From: Channa argus
Taxonomy: Eukaryota
Direction: 5' to 3'
Assembly (NCBI RefSeq): GCF_033026475.1
Contig: NC_090211.1
Location: 3,977,726-4,041,725, forward strand
Length of the DNA stretch: 64,000 nt
Made by a program: the position numbers and the translations under genes. Of the stretch, positions 24,184-35,313 are shown piece by piece (within the stretch, counting starts at the first letter, position 1; each line of letters opens with the position of its first letter). The notes beneath the pieces were generated by a model. The model was not told the DNA's origin and ran no database searches. It worked only from the letters and a program-made list of their open reading frames with translations.

Positions 24184-25039
24184 CTAAACACCAAGAAAAT
24201 AAAATGAGAACAAGTTACAGCGCCTGGCTCACTGTGTAAAATAGAATTTGTAAGTGAATGCAATGATTTGCAAATTTTGCAAATACCAATATCTGGTTGA
24301 CAAGATTTCAAATGTTGATACTTAGAAATATGTTATTGGTTAAATGTGATCCAAACAACACGTGAAAAAGTTGGGTCAGGGTCGTATTTACTGTGGTGCC
24401 ACAATACGCTTTGTTCAACAACTTCCAAATGTTTCGTACTCGGGCCGTCAACTGCTTTCATTTTGAAGTGTTTTTTAATTCATTCTTATCTCATTAAGAA
24501 TTTCAGCTGTTCAACGGTGTGATGTCTTCTTTGTTTAATATTTCAGCTCATTATGCTGAAATGTTTTAATGGTTGACAGGTCTGGACTGCAGGCAGGTTA
24601 AATTTACCGCCTGGACTCTTGTATTACTGAGCCACGATGTTGGAGCTCATGCAGGTTTTGCATTGTGCTGCTAAAACTAACAAGAAAATTATGATACCAC
24701 TACTCATAAATAGGGATATTTGACTTTCAGGTGAAATTTTAGGTGAACTTAATTTGACCTTGTCTAAACTACTGAATGCACATGTCCACCTGTTCAATAT
24801 TCAGTACTTATTACATAACATGCTTTTCTCTAACAAGATGATTAACCACAAAAAGTCCCATTGTGAATCGACCACTGTGTTCTGGTTCAGTGACAATTTG
24901 TATTTAAACAGTCCTCTATCATCCTGCTGTTCACATTTTCACACCATGGAACCCAGAGGACACCTAACAATTGAGAGTTGTTAAGTTATTGCGACATTGA
25001 CAATTTTTGGTACAGAAGCTTTACTTTCCTTTTCTGACT

Positions 25040-25790
25040 TTTATTTTGTAACTGCTCAGCTCTACCTTCTGTTCTATTGTATTTCCATCACATTACTACT
25101 CATCATTAGTCTTCATCGTTTTCACCTGTTCCCCTGACTTTATATACTCAGCTCTCTGCTCAGTTCCTTGCCAGATTGTCTTGTGTTGCTGCTCTCTTGA
25201 CAGTCCAGCCTTCTCGTTTGCTTACTTCCCTCTGCCTCACTCCCTGCCTGCTTCCTGGAGCCACTGCCTGAACGGACACTATTGTCCTTCCATTTTTTTT
25301 TTTTTGGATTTCGATCTTCATTTGTTTATTTTTTAATTTATTTTTGGCTTTGGACTTGGATTATGAATATCTAGATTTGGATGTGAATATTTTTGCTTGG
25401 ATTTGAATTTGAAACTAGATTAATTGGTGTTCGAGTTGGATTTTGAATGCTTGGATTTCTAAATTATATGTGCGGATTTGGATTTTAGGCTTTTGAACTG
25501 GAACCTGGATTCTTGAGAGCAAGTTAGGTTATTTGATTTTATGCACTGGACATTTTAGGTTTGGACTTCTTGGTTTTGAACTAACATTACTGCAGCCTGC
25601 GTTGTCACTATTCCTCTTTCATTTAGCACATTGACATCGGCTGGATTTCCTGTATCCCCTGACTGACCTCACTATCCCTCCCTCCATTTGAGCTACACTA
25701 CGGTTTTGTCCCTCGAAGCACTCTCTCTTCAGCCTCCTCACATGCCAATTCACAGCTCCTCTACCTGTCGCAACCACAGATGATGAAATA
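25040..25790. repeat. Unclassified interspersed repeat, copy 1 (carries the minisatellite internally). It is related to 62270-63330
   Basis: Gapped alignment by eye of 25050-25215 with 62295-62455 shares the blocks gacttttattttg, ccatcacatt, gtttcacctgYtc.c.cccctg..tttatata.c and cagttccYt...gccagatYgtctg.t. I estimate about 70% identity. Confidence 0.4.
25330..25580. repeat. Degenerate minisatellite: about 15 tandem units of a ~12-20 bp motif (t)tggaYttKRa(tt)
   Basis: Direct reading: ...ggctttggacttggattatgaatatctagatttggatgtgaatatttttgcttggatttgaatttgaaactagatt...tgcggatttggattttaggcttttgaactggaacctggattc...ttaggtttggacttcttggttttgaac. Confidence 0.55.
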
Positions 25791-26196
25791 ACTAAATTGG
25801 CACTTAGTTATGGAACAATATTGTGTTTCTATTTCACAAGGATATTATGATCATAGGCAGAAACAGTAAAATTATCAAAAATCAAGGAGAAAAGGGAATC
25901 GGATCAGTAACACAGATGGTAAGGGTGATAAATATGCAGAAACAATCACAATAAACATACATAGGATTTCACTGAACAGCTTTGCCCACACTAATGAGCA
26001 GCTAGTGTTAGATTCATTAATATTTACAACTTCAGCATTTTCTCACAAATGACTCCGATGATGATCCTGTCAAAAATGTTCTGTTTATTTTGAGACTATT
26101 TACTCATCATTTTACAAAAAGGTCACATGGGTGAGGATGAGTTTCTTTGCTTTATTGTGTTTCCTCTGCAACAGGAGTTTACCAGATTCCATATCA

Positions 26197-26316
<120 letters not shown>

Positions 26317-28737
26317 TCACACACATACAGTGGTGCGCAAAAATGGTTAATTTGTGATAAAGCAGCAACAGTGAAAGCTGAATACAGGAACCATTTAGTT
26401 TGATTTGGAGCCTTTGCGACATTGTATTGGCCCCGTTTTAATTGAATGATAATTAGCAAGAGTTTTGATGAGATTCTATATTTTTCTTCACTTGGGTTGG
26501 CTGATCTTCAAGAACTGTGGAAAAAAGGGTGTCAAGGCAAAGAAAAGGGTTTATTTTAAAATATCTGCAATATCTGGGTGTCTGAGGAATACAGCTTTAA
26601 AACAAAGATCCCTCTAGGTAACAGCAAAGCCATCCTGATACAGGGCTCAAAATACTCATGGACACCAAAGCTGTTGGGATAAGGAGTGATGTATTCCACA
26701 TTGGTTGGAGACCTTGTGACCTAAGAAGATCACGACCTTCAAACTGTGCAGAAAAACATATCATAGTTTACACAAATGGCGAGTCACAATCATATTTAAT
26801 ACCGGACATATCAATGAAACGCTCGAGATTTTTGTCACTACAGCTTTACTTCATACTCTCCCAGGACTTCCAGTGAGGTGACGCGTGCCATGTGACACGT
26901 GACAGAGTGCTATTTATTTACTAACCCTAACATCTTTATTTGGTGCCTGTGGTGACCTGCCCTCCTGGGCTTGCTGTGATGGTTCTGTTGTGCTTTATCC
27001 AGCAGGATCCTGGGTGGCAATGGCAGAAATGGCTGCACCTGGGACATGGAAGTGGCCAAAGCTATAAAGGCCCTACTTGCCCAGCTCTCTTTCTCTCTCA
27101 CTGAGCAGCCTTCCCTTCTTCATCTTTAGTTCTGTAGCTTGTTTTTCTGTGTTCTCTACCACACTCTCACATATATGCTTGCACTTATGCCAATCATAGT
27201 CACACCTTTATTGATTTTGTTTAAGTAAAATAAATATAATTTGAACAATTTTCTGTGTGTGGACAGAACCCTAACCCTTGTTGCAAACCTGAGCCAAGTT
27301 TGAACCAAACCTTGTTTTGTACCTATCCCCAACCAAACCGTTGTGGGTGCCCAGTTTAAATGCTGTATTTTAGAGTGTTAAAAGCATCGAATAAATGTGA
27401 AACTGGGCACCGATTTGGCTCCATTGCAAGCAACGGCCATTTTGTTAGTGTGAAGCCAAAATTGGTGCAATTTCAACAGAAGCCTGCCTCTGTATGTGGT
27501 GGTGCTATTTCAACAAACAGTTCATTGGGACATAAACAAGGGTAGAGACAAACGGCCCCTGTGGGTGTTAACATTGGAGGACTTGTAGAATCGCCCAAAC
27601 CATTAGATATTTGATTTTGAGCATGTTTGATTGCTAAACATGAAAAACTGTGTTATGCTGCCATTGTAAGACACATAAGGCACCATTTAAGGGTTATATT
27701 TAGACAGATGTCCAATGCCATGGAGACGCTCTGTCAACAAACGCTTCAATGGATGGTATAAGGGGGTAGGGACAAATGTCATGTTTTGTCATTTAAAGTC
27801 AACAACTTATATGATTTCCTTGCTGCTGATAAATGGAGAACTTCATTCATTTAAGACCTACAGCCTGTGATTACTTCCCCTCAAAAACATCACTGTGGGT
27901 GGTCCTGGTTGCATAAAAATGTAATTTTGTGGAGACAGGGTTGGAAACAGATCACATCTTGTAGAGCTATGATGGATTTCTCAGGGCAAAACCTGAATTA
28001 AAAATATTCCATTGACTGTGACAGATGAACTTCGCGTTACTGTTGCCAAAGGATGTTATTGTGGACTTCTGTACCACAAAGAAAATAAAGTTTGTAATGA
28101 AAGCTGTTTGAGGAAATTACAGAAAATATGTGTATCCTGCATAACTGTGAGGTGTTTTTAAAGTTTTATGTCCTTAATGAAACCAGTGGAGTCAGTACTC
28201 CGGTGTCTGAGGCACTATTTTCAAAGCCTTGGTTCTTAGACTTTTCTTTACTATGGTCTGGAAACACATGCAAATGGTTCTGAAAGATTTAGTGAGGTAG
28301 AAATAATTCTTCAGTTCTATTTTACTTTTAATCAGGCCCATTTTATGTGAACAATGAAACATATTTTTTGCCTTGTCTTTGAAGTCCTGATCTAGTTACG
28401 GTGGGAGCCTTTTCCATCCCCAGCAAGCACTTTTTTAGAGCGGAAATCATTTGTTTAGTGCGGGACAATTGCAGTGTCTGTGTCCGACCACTCTTTAAAC
28501 ATATTTAAACACTGGTTTCCGCTGAGAGGACGACAGGTGTTTAAAAGAAAGCAAGTGAAGCAGTGCAGAATGGGCTTAGAGGAGTTTATAGTGTTGGTGA
28601 GTTGCAGGAAGAGATGAGGATCGATTTCAATAAAAAAGTAAGTGTAAAAGCATAGAGAGAGTGAGACTGAGCTCATTAACGCCGCCCCACTGAGAGCGTA
28701 AAGCATGGGTCATGAGAGGACCAGCTGTGGGTCTTAC

Positions 28738-28819
28738 CTCATTGAATTCAGGGTTGAGGGTCTTTTTCATCACTGCTGTTTTGTGCTTGGATTTCTTCTC
28801 TATGTCGGGCTTCAGGTAA
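28738..28819 (-). CDS. doc2a: DOC2-family protein, C2B exon ((I)[27 protein letters not shown])
   Basis: Minus strand cctccgttcag|TTACCTGAAGCCCGACATAGAGAAG...GAATTCAATGAG|gtaagaccc. It is 82 bp. The first base completes ATt (Ile) from the previous exon and it exits in phase 0. It matches DOC2 YL.[23 protein letters not shown] almost residue for residue (ORF 28627..28908). Confidence 0.85.
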
Positions 28820-30916
28820 CTGAACGGAGGTGGAGAACAGACAGAGAAGAAGGACATGAGTTTATTCTGCCTTTTATTTAAACATGAAATGACTGCTGAG
28901 TGGAGCAAGTTAGTTCTTGTAGAGTGAGAGATTTTAATTCAGCAAATCAAGTACTTCGAGACACCAACAGTTTACAAGTCAGCTGCAGCAGTATTCACAT
29001 CCACCTCCTTGCAGAGGTTAAAGAGGAAACACAAGTGTTCAGAAAAACAGGTTTCTTGACTAATGGTGGCGTGTGTGGTGAGGATCAATATATTTGAGCA
29101 TCACTGCTTCTGGAGCACCACATGCTAAAATGAGTCTGCTGGTAATAACTCCAGATATGTGGGATGTTGTATAATGTTTTGAGGTAAAGGACACAGGCAG
29201 AAAACAGCTGTTTAGATAATTGCTTGACAATTTAAGCCATTTATCAGGACATAAAAACATAGTGGGCCTACCAGGTGTGGCCCCATCCAGTCACCAAGCA
29301 CCACCTTGGAGCTGGTCCAGAGCCCAGATAAAATTGGAGGCTTTGCAGCAGGAAGCGCATCCAGCGTAAAAACTCACGCCAACACATTCCTCTGTTGATC
29401 TTTTTGATCAAGACTATTGTCAATTTTTAGGTCTATTTCCTGTCGGACATAAAAATTAAACGTGTCTGTTGGGTTTGTTGAATGAAGCAAACAAGACATT
29501 TAAAGGTGTTAGTTTTAGCTCCGCTGCTTTGTGATGAGTATAGTTTTCATTAAACTTAATGACATTTGATAAAAAGACAATTTAGCTTAATGATAAACTT
29601 ATATTTTACATCAGATTACAGTTCTCACTTCAAAACACTTTTTGAACACGTAAGTCTATATTCATGTTTTGTCCTCCCACTCATATTGCTCTGTATTTTT
29701 TATCTATTCATTTCTATGTAAATTTTATTTTATTAGATATTTGGGAGTCACAGGGACTTGCTGATTGCTTCCTTTTAATAATTGCTCCATATGACCTCAT
29801 GTATTACTGTGGGCTTAAATTGTAAGCTTTCAATAATATGAAATCTAACATCTCAAATATCTTGAAGTGATGCAGTGGGGTTAAGCAGAGGAGTGGTGGA
29901 AAGCTAGAAGCAAACATTTGCTTGCTGCAGGATTATTTCTATTCCACAATCTGTTGAATCCGTGTACATCCTCATTAATGAAGCTGTAATTAATAATTTA
30001 CTGCAATGAGTCAGTGCAGCACTCAGTGCACACACAAACACACACAGTCAGCTCAGCAGTTCATGCTTGGCGGAGAGTGGTGGCGGCTGTCGCGGAGCCT
30101 CTTCACCAAACAGAGCTGTACTTTAATTGGTTCTGACCAGTTATTTTAACAGACGACATGAGTAAATAACAAAGCCCGGAGTGTGAAACATTCAACTGTT
30201 TCCTCTTCATCATAGTTCCTCCTCCGCATACCGTAGCATGCTAATGCGAAGAGAAGAGACGGCTGGGGCCCTGTGTCATTCTGGGCCCCTGATGCCCTGG
30301 TATCTGTGTGGGCTTGTGTGAATGGGAAGCTGTGCAGGAAATTAAAAAGCCCAGAGCTGCTGGCTCTAATATTGGACCTGTTAATTTTCTAATTTTCTTT
30401 GAATTGACTTCAGTGTGAGTGTGGCTGTTGTTTGTGGATGTCCCACAGCTGAGCCTGCTGACTAAAGCTCAGCCTACGCACCAGTTTTATTCAAACAGAG
30501 ACTAATTATAATACTTTGGACTGCTTCAACCGCCAGTTTGACTGTTATCCCACAATTCAATCAGCTTTTCTCAGCCTTTGATTCTGGTTTAGCAGGTGTC
30601 CGTCTCCCTCCCTGTACATTCAGTGTCTCTGAAGTGGGAGACAGCAGTTGGTTTGACACTGACATGGAATGCTGGTACTTTGCAATTTTATCAAAATTAC
30701 AACACACCACACGACTTTTCTCCAGTTTATCAAACTTTTTCGCTCAATGTTTCAACCCCAGCCTTCATTGGGTGGTATCCTGAGGTTGTTTCTGGGTTCT
30801 TTTATATAATATCATATGCCCAAGTTTGTTCCCAGCAGGTAAAAATACTTTCAGAAATTTTAATCTTAACTCAAATCATGTTTTTATCTAAATAATCCAG
30901 ATTTTATTTTTACACT

Positions 30917-30934
30917 GAAGAAGGCTGCAACTCT
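30917..30934. repeat. Target-site duplication (left copy) of the SINE insertion
   Basis: gaagaaggctgcaactct is identical to 31184-31201. Confidence 0.85.
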
Positions 30935-31183
30935 ACTACACTCCTTTTGGCTTATCCCGTGCGTTCAGGGTCGCCACAGCGGATCATTGTCCGCATGTTG
31001 ATTTGGCACAGTTTTTACGCCGGATGCCCTTCCTGACGCAACCCTCCCCAATTTTCGGACCGGCACTGCATCGCTGGGGAGGGGAACGAGCTGTTAGGGG
31101 TTCAGTGTCTTGCCCAGGGACACTTCGACATATAGCCAGCACCGGGGATCGAACCACTTTACCAACTGAGCTATAGCCGCCCC
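30935..31183 (-). mobile_element. tRNA-derived SINE (about 249 bp), minus orientation, flanked by a perfect 18-bp target-site duplication
   Basis: The reverse complement starts ggggcggctatagctcagttggtaaagtggttcgatccccggtgctggc.... This has a tRNA-like A box (TAGCTCAGTTGG) and B box (GGTTCGATCCCC), followed by a tRNA-unrelated body. Identical gaagaaggctgcaactct copies lie at 30917-30934 and 31184-31201. Confidence 0.85.
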
Positions 31184-31201
31184 GAAGAAGGCTGCAACTC
31201 T
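31184..31201. repeat. Target-site duplication (right copy) of the SINE insertion
   Basis: gaagaaggctgcaactct is identical to 30917-30934. Confidence 0.85.
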
Positions 31202-32689
31202 GAGTTCCTTTATTATCCCAATGACAACAGTGGGTGCTGTCTACGCCTCACATGACACAGTCACACTGTGTTCAGAACAGCACTGGCAGCAGTTCACACA
31301 CTTGTGCCTGACCGCTCATTATCACACATATGTGAAAACCAACCTAGTTTCAACATTTCAATCATCATTAGTAAATTGATGAAAGATAATCTATTAAAAA
31401 AATGATAACGCACCTGTATTAAAACAGATGTTACAAAGTGGGTACTTCACATTTTAGGTTGAAATCTAAGTATCACTAACTAGGCAACAATGGGTGCAGA
31501 TAAATAAAAATAATATTCCATCACCTATTATCAGTATCAGTATTATCAGTATTTTCACAAACATCTGTGGCCGCCCAGATTACAGTGTTGTGAAAGAAAT
31601 CTGAGTTGAATTCTTCTTATGATCTGACTGACATCAACATGTGGATGAGTACAGTTAATAGTCATTTAGAACCAAATGTAAACTTTGTAGATGTAGCTAA
31701 GAAAATCCAAACAAACAATAAATGCACTTAATCTTTGACTGTGTGTCCAATCAGCACGAGACAAAGGTCAGAGAGTTATTACTAATTACTCTGTGATAAT
31801 TTGGTTTCTAAATGTAATTTTTTTTTAAAACAACATTTAACTTAAATTGAAGGACAATATTACTGTTAGGTTTATCATGTATGTAGTTTTACTGCAGGTG
31901 GAAACTTCTGCACTAAAATGGAGCAATGTGTCTTCGTGGAGATAAAGATAATGTCGGAGCAAGACAGATCACAGAGGAACAGGTGGACAACACTGACTGG
32001 ACCTTGTCTGCCTTTTAAAAGGAATATTGACCTGTTTTAAACTGATATATTGGCAGAGTGGAAGCCGTGACACTGCATGCTGAAATTCTGGACACTGCAG
32101 TCATTTTGAAATGGGTAAATCTCTGTGAGCTCTCTCGACCCCTCAGCTGTCAGTTGCCTCGTTGTTCTATTTCGGATGCAGTTTGTATTCTGACTGTGTG
32201 CAACAGAAAACTCTCTGCTTCCTCAAAGCGTGTGTCAAGTACAAAGGGAAACAAAAACAAGGAGAAGCCTTAAATCCCCATGGCTCCTGGTGTTTCCTTC
32301 TGATAGACTTGAGCCTAGAAAAGATACTGCTCACACTGTTTCCTTTTAAATCTTCCTGCTGGCTAACAGATGGTGCTTCTTTAACAACAATTGCATCATT
32401 GATTAGGGAAGTTAATAAGATGGCGAAACTCCAGATTTGAATAGATTCATTATTGCAGAACTCCAGTATTTTGTCTGTCAGCATCCTCAGTGAGCTCTGC
32501 AGGGAGGGGCACAGATTTGTGATGAAGCTCATTTTTGTTTCCCTTGTGCAGTGGTTACAAGTGTAAAATGTACAGCTGATGCTTATTGCAAAAACAGAAC
32601 TAAAATAAAAACCACGCTTCCACAATTGGAGCTTTTCCAGAAAAATAAGATATATGGGCAAGGATTGTCATACTTACAGGTGCCGGTCA

Positions 32690-34060
32690 AATAATTAGAA
32701 TATCTTCACAAAGTTGATGTATTTCACTAAGTGAAACTTGTATAATGTTTACATTCATTCCACACAGACTGATATATTTCAAGTGTTTATTTCTTATAAT
32801 TGTTATGATTACAACTGACAACTAATGAAAACCCCAAATCTGGAAAGTGTGAACATGAAAAGTATGCGCATGTACAACACTCAATACTTAGTTGGGCTCC
32901 TTTTGGCTGAAGTACTGGAGCAATGCGGCGTGGAGTCGATCAGTCTGTGGCACTGCTCAGGTGTTATGAGCCCAGGTTGCTCTGATAGTGGCCTTCAGCT
33001 CTTCTGCATTGTTGGGTCTGGCATATCGCATCTTCCTCTTCACAATGCCCCATAGATTTTCTATGGGGTTCAGGTCAGGCGAGTTTGCTGGTACTGGTAT
33101 ATTTGGCACTGTGTGCAGGTGCCGAGTCCTGTTGTGAAAATGAAATCTGCATCTCCACAAAGTTGGTCAGGAGCAGGAAGCATGAACTGCTCTAAAACGT
33201 CCTGGTACACAACTGCTTTGACCTTGGACCTCAGAAAATGGCACCAAACCATCACTGACTGTGGAAACTTTACACTGGACCTCAAGCAACGTGGATTCTG
33301 TGCCTCTCCTCTCTTCGTCCAGACTCTGGGAGCCTGATTCCCAAAGGAAATGCGAAATTTACTTTCATCAGAGAACATAACTTTGGACCTCTCAGCAGCA
33401 GTCCAGTCCTTTTTGTCTTTAGCCCAGGCGAGACGCTTCTGACACTGTCTGTTGTTCAAGAGTGGTTTGACACAAGGACTGCGACAGCTGAAACCTATGT
33501 CTTGTGCGTAGTGGTTCTTGAAGCACTGACTCCAGCTGCAGTCCACTCTGTGAATCTCCCTTACGTTTCGTTTCACAATTCCCTCCACGGTTGCTATTGC
33601 TTGTACACTTTTTTCTACCACATCTTTTCCTTCCCTTCGCCTCTCTATTAATGTGCTTGGACACAGAGCTCTGTGAACAGCCAGCCTCTTTTGCCACGAC
33701 CTTTTGTGTCTTGCCCTCCTTGTGCATGGTGTGAATGGTCGTCTTTTGGACAACTGTCAAATCAGCAGTCTTCCCCATGATTGTGTAGCCTACAGAACTA
33801 GACTGAGAGACCATTTAAAGGCCTTTGCAGGTGTTTTGAGTTAATTAGCTGATTAGAGTTTGGAAAAATCACAATATTTTATGTCGATCTGCTCTTTTGC
33901 CTTTGTGAGACTTTCCCAAAAATCTCCAGAGAGTTTCTCAGAACCCCTGCACGGACCAACTATGTCAAGAAGAGCCTTACTCCAAAACCAATTAATTAGA
34001 CCCCCTATAGAGCCTAAATCCTGCATGATATGGTCTCTTTAATTCAGTTCCTACCTTTAA
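32690..34060 (-). mobile_element. Tc1-like DNA transposon, near full-length (about 1.4 kb), with the transposase ORF broken into about 3 pieces (pseudogene)
   Basis: Minus ORFs 33419..33814 (MGKTADLTVVQKTTIHTMHKEGKTQKVVAKEAGCSQSSVSKHINR..., the HTH N-terminus), 33070..33753 (...WTAAERSKVMFSDESKFRISFGNQAPRVWTKRGEAQNPRCLRSSVKFPQSVMVW...) and 32957..33160 (...NSPDLNPIENLWGIVKRKMRYARPNNAEELKATIRATW) all match a fish Tc1 family transposase, including the DDE region. Frameshifts and an internal deletion (the GAMSSAGVGPL block is missing) make it non-functional. The ends are approximate. Confidence 0.85.
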
Positions 34061-34499
34061 ACACACACTCAACTATATTTTAGACAAAAATATTGCACCT
34101 TTTCCTCTGCCACCTTCACTTGATGAGTATAAATAAAACCACCAAACAGTGCAAGTGAGTGACAAGCTGAGTCATTCAGAAAATTAATTGGCAACAAGAA
34201 ATGACATTTTTCAAGCAGAGACGTCAAACATTTCATGGTTCAATGTGAATACTCCAACAAAAAAATGTATTGTTCAAGGAATTGAATTGAAGGAAGTAAT
34301 TTGAACAAAAAAACGCGGCGAAGGTGTCACATTGGACTTTGGCCAACAAACACAAATTATTGATCAAGTGATAAAAAAAAAAACATCAGCAGAATTCCCC
34401 AGTGTGAACATCCAGTCACAGGGCCCATGTTTTGTATTATGAGGACCTTTACTTTTGATACTTCAAGTACATTTTCTTAATTCAAATTACACACTTCCC

Positions 34500-34735
34500 C
34501 AACCGGTCAAGGCAGATGGCCGCCCACCCTGAGCCTGGTTCTGCTGGAGGTTTCTCCCGTTAAAGGGAGTTTTTCCTCTCCACTGTTGCCTAGGGCCTGC
34601 TCAAGGGGGATTTGTTGGGTTGCTTCTACATACTTGTGTAGTCTGGACTTTATTCTGTAAAGTGCCCTGAGATGACTTTGTTGTAAACTCGCGCTATATA
34701 AATAAAGTTGAATTGAATTGAATTGAACTTGAATT
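34500..34735 (+). mobile_element. Orphan 3' tail (about 235 bp) of the same L2-like LINE family
   Basis: ...ttaaagggagtttttcctctccactgttgcctagggcctgctcaaggggg...ttctgtaaagtgccctgagatgactttgttgtaaactcgcgctatataaataaagttgaattgaattgaattgaacttgaatt is near-identical to 51390-51553 and to the reverse complement of 7330-7500. Confidence 0.75.
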
Positions 34736-35097
34736 ATGAAATGCTCTTCGAGCGTTTCAGCGTGCACTGAAATTGCATTTCAGTACAGACTTTTTACGTT
34801 TAATGGCGCCATTTTCAGTGTACTGTAGAACTTGTACATCAGTAATGGGCCCAAACACTTCACCACTCATCCACACACACAGTTACCTCCCATAGTGTCC
34901 CACAGTGTCCTCAATAGAAACATAAAAACGTGCAGGAACACTTTGGGGTCTTTTGAGTGTTCTTGGCTCGGTGCAGACTGTACTTGGATGATGACTGACA
35001 TCCATGACAATGCAGTCATACACAAAATAAGGACACAGCTTGTAAAAGTATAACTGCAATAATTTGTAATGTTGATTACAGTGTGACAGAGCTCTTA

Positions 35098-35313
<216 letters not shown>

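Noticed and set aside
32167-32661. 164-aa minus-strand ORF just outside the Tc1 element
   Set aside because: No recognisable domain or motif, AT-rich codon usage and no splice or start context. A chance ORF in intronic sequence.
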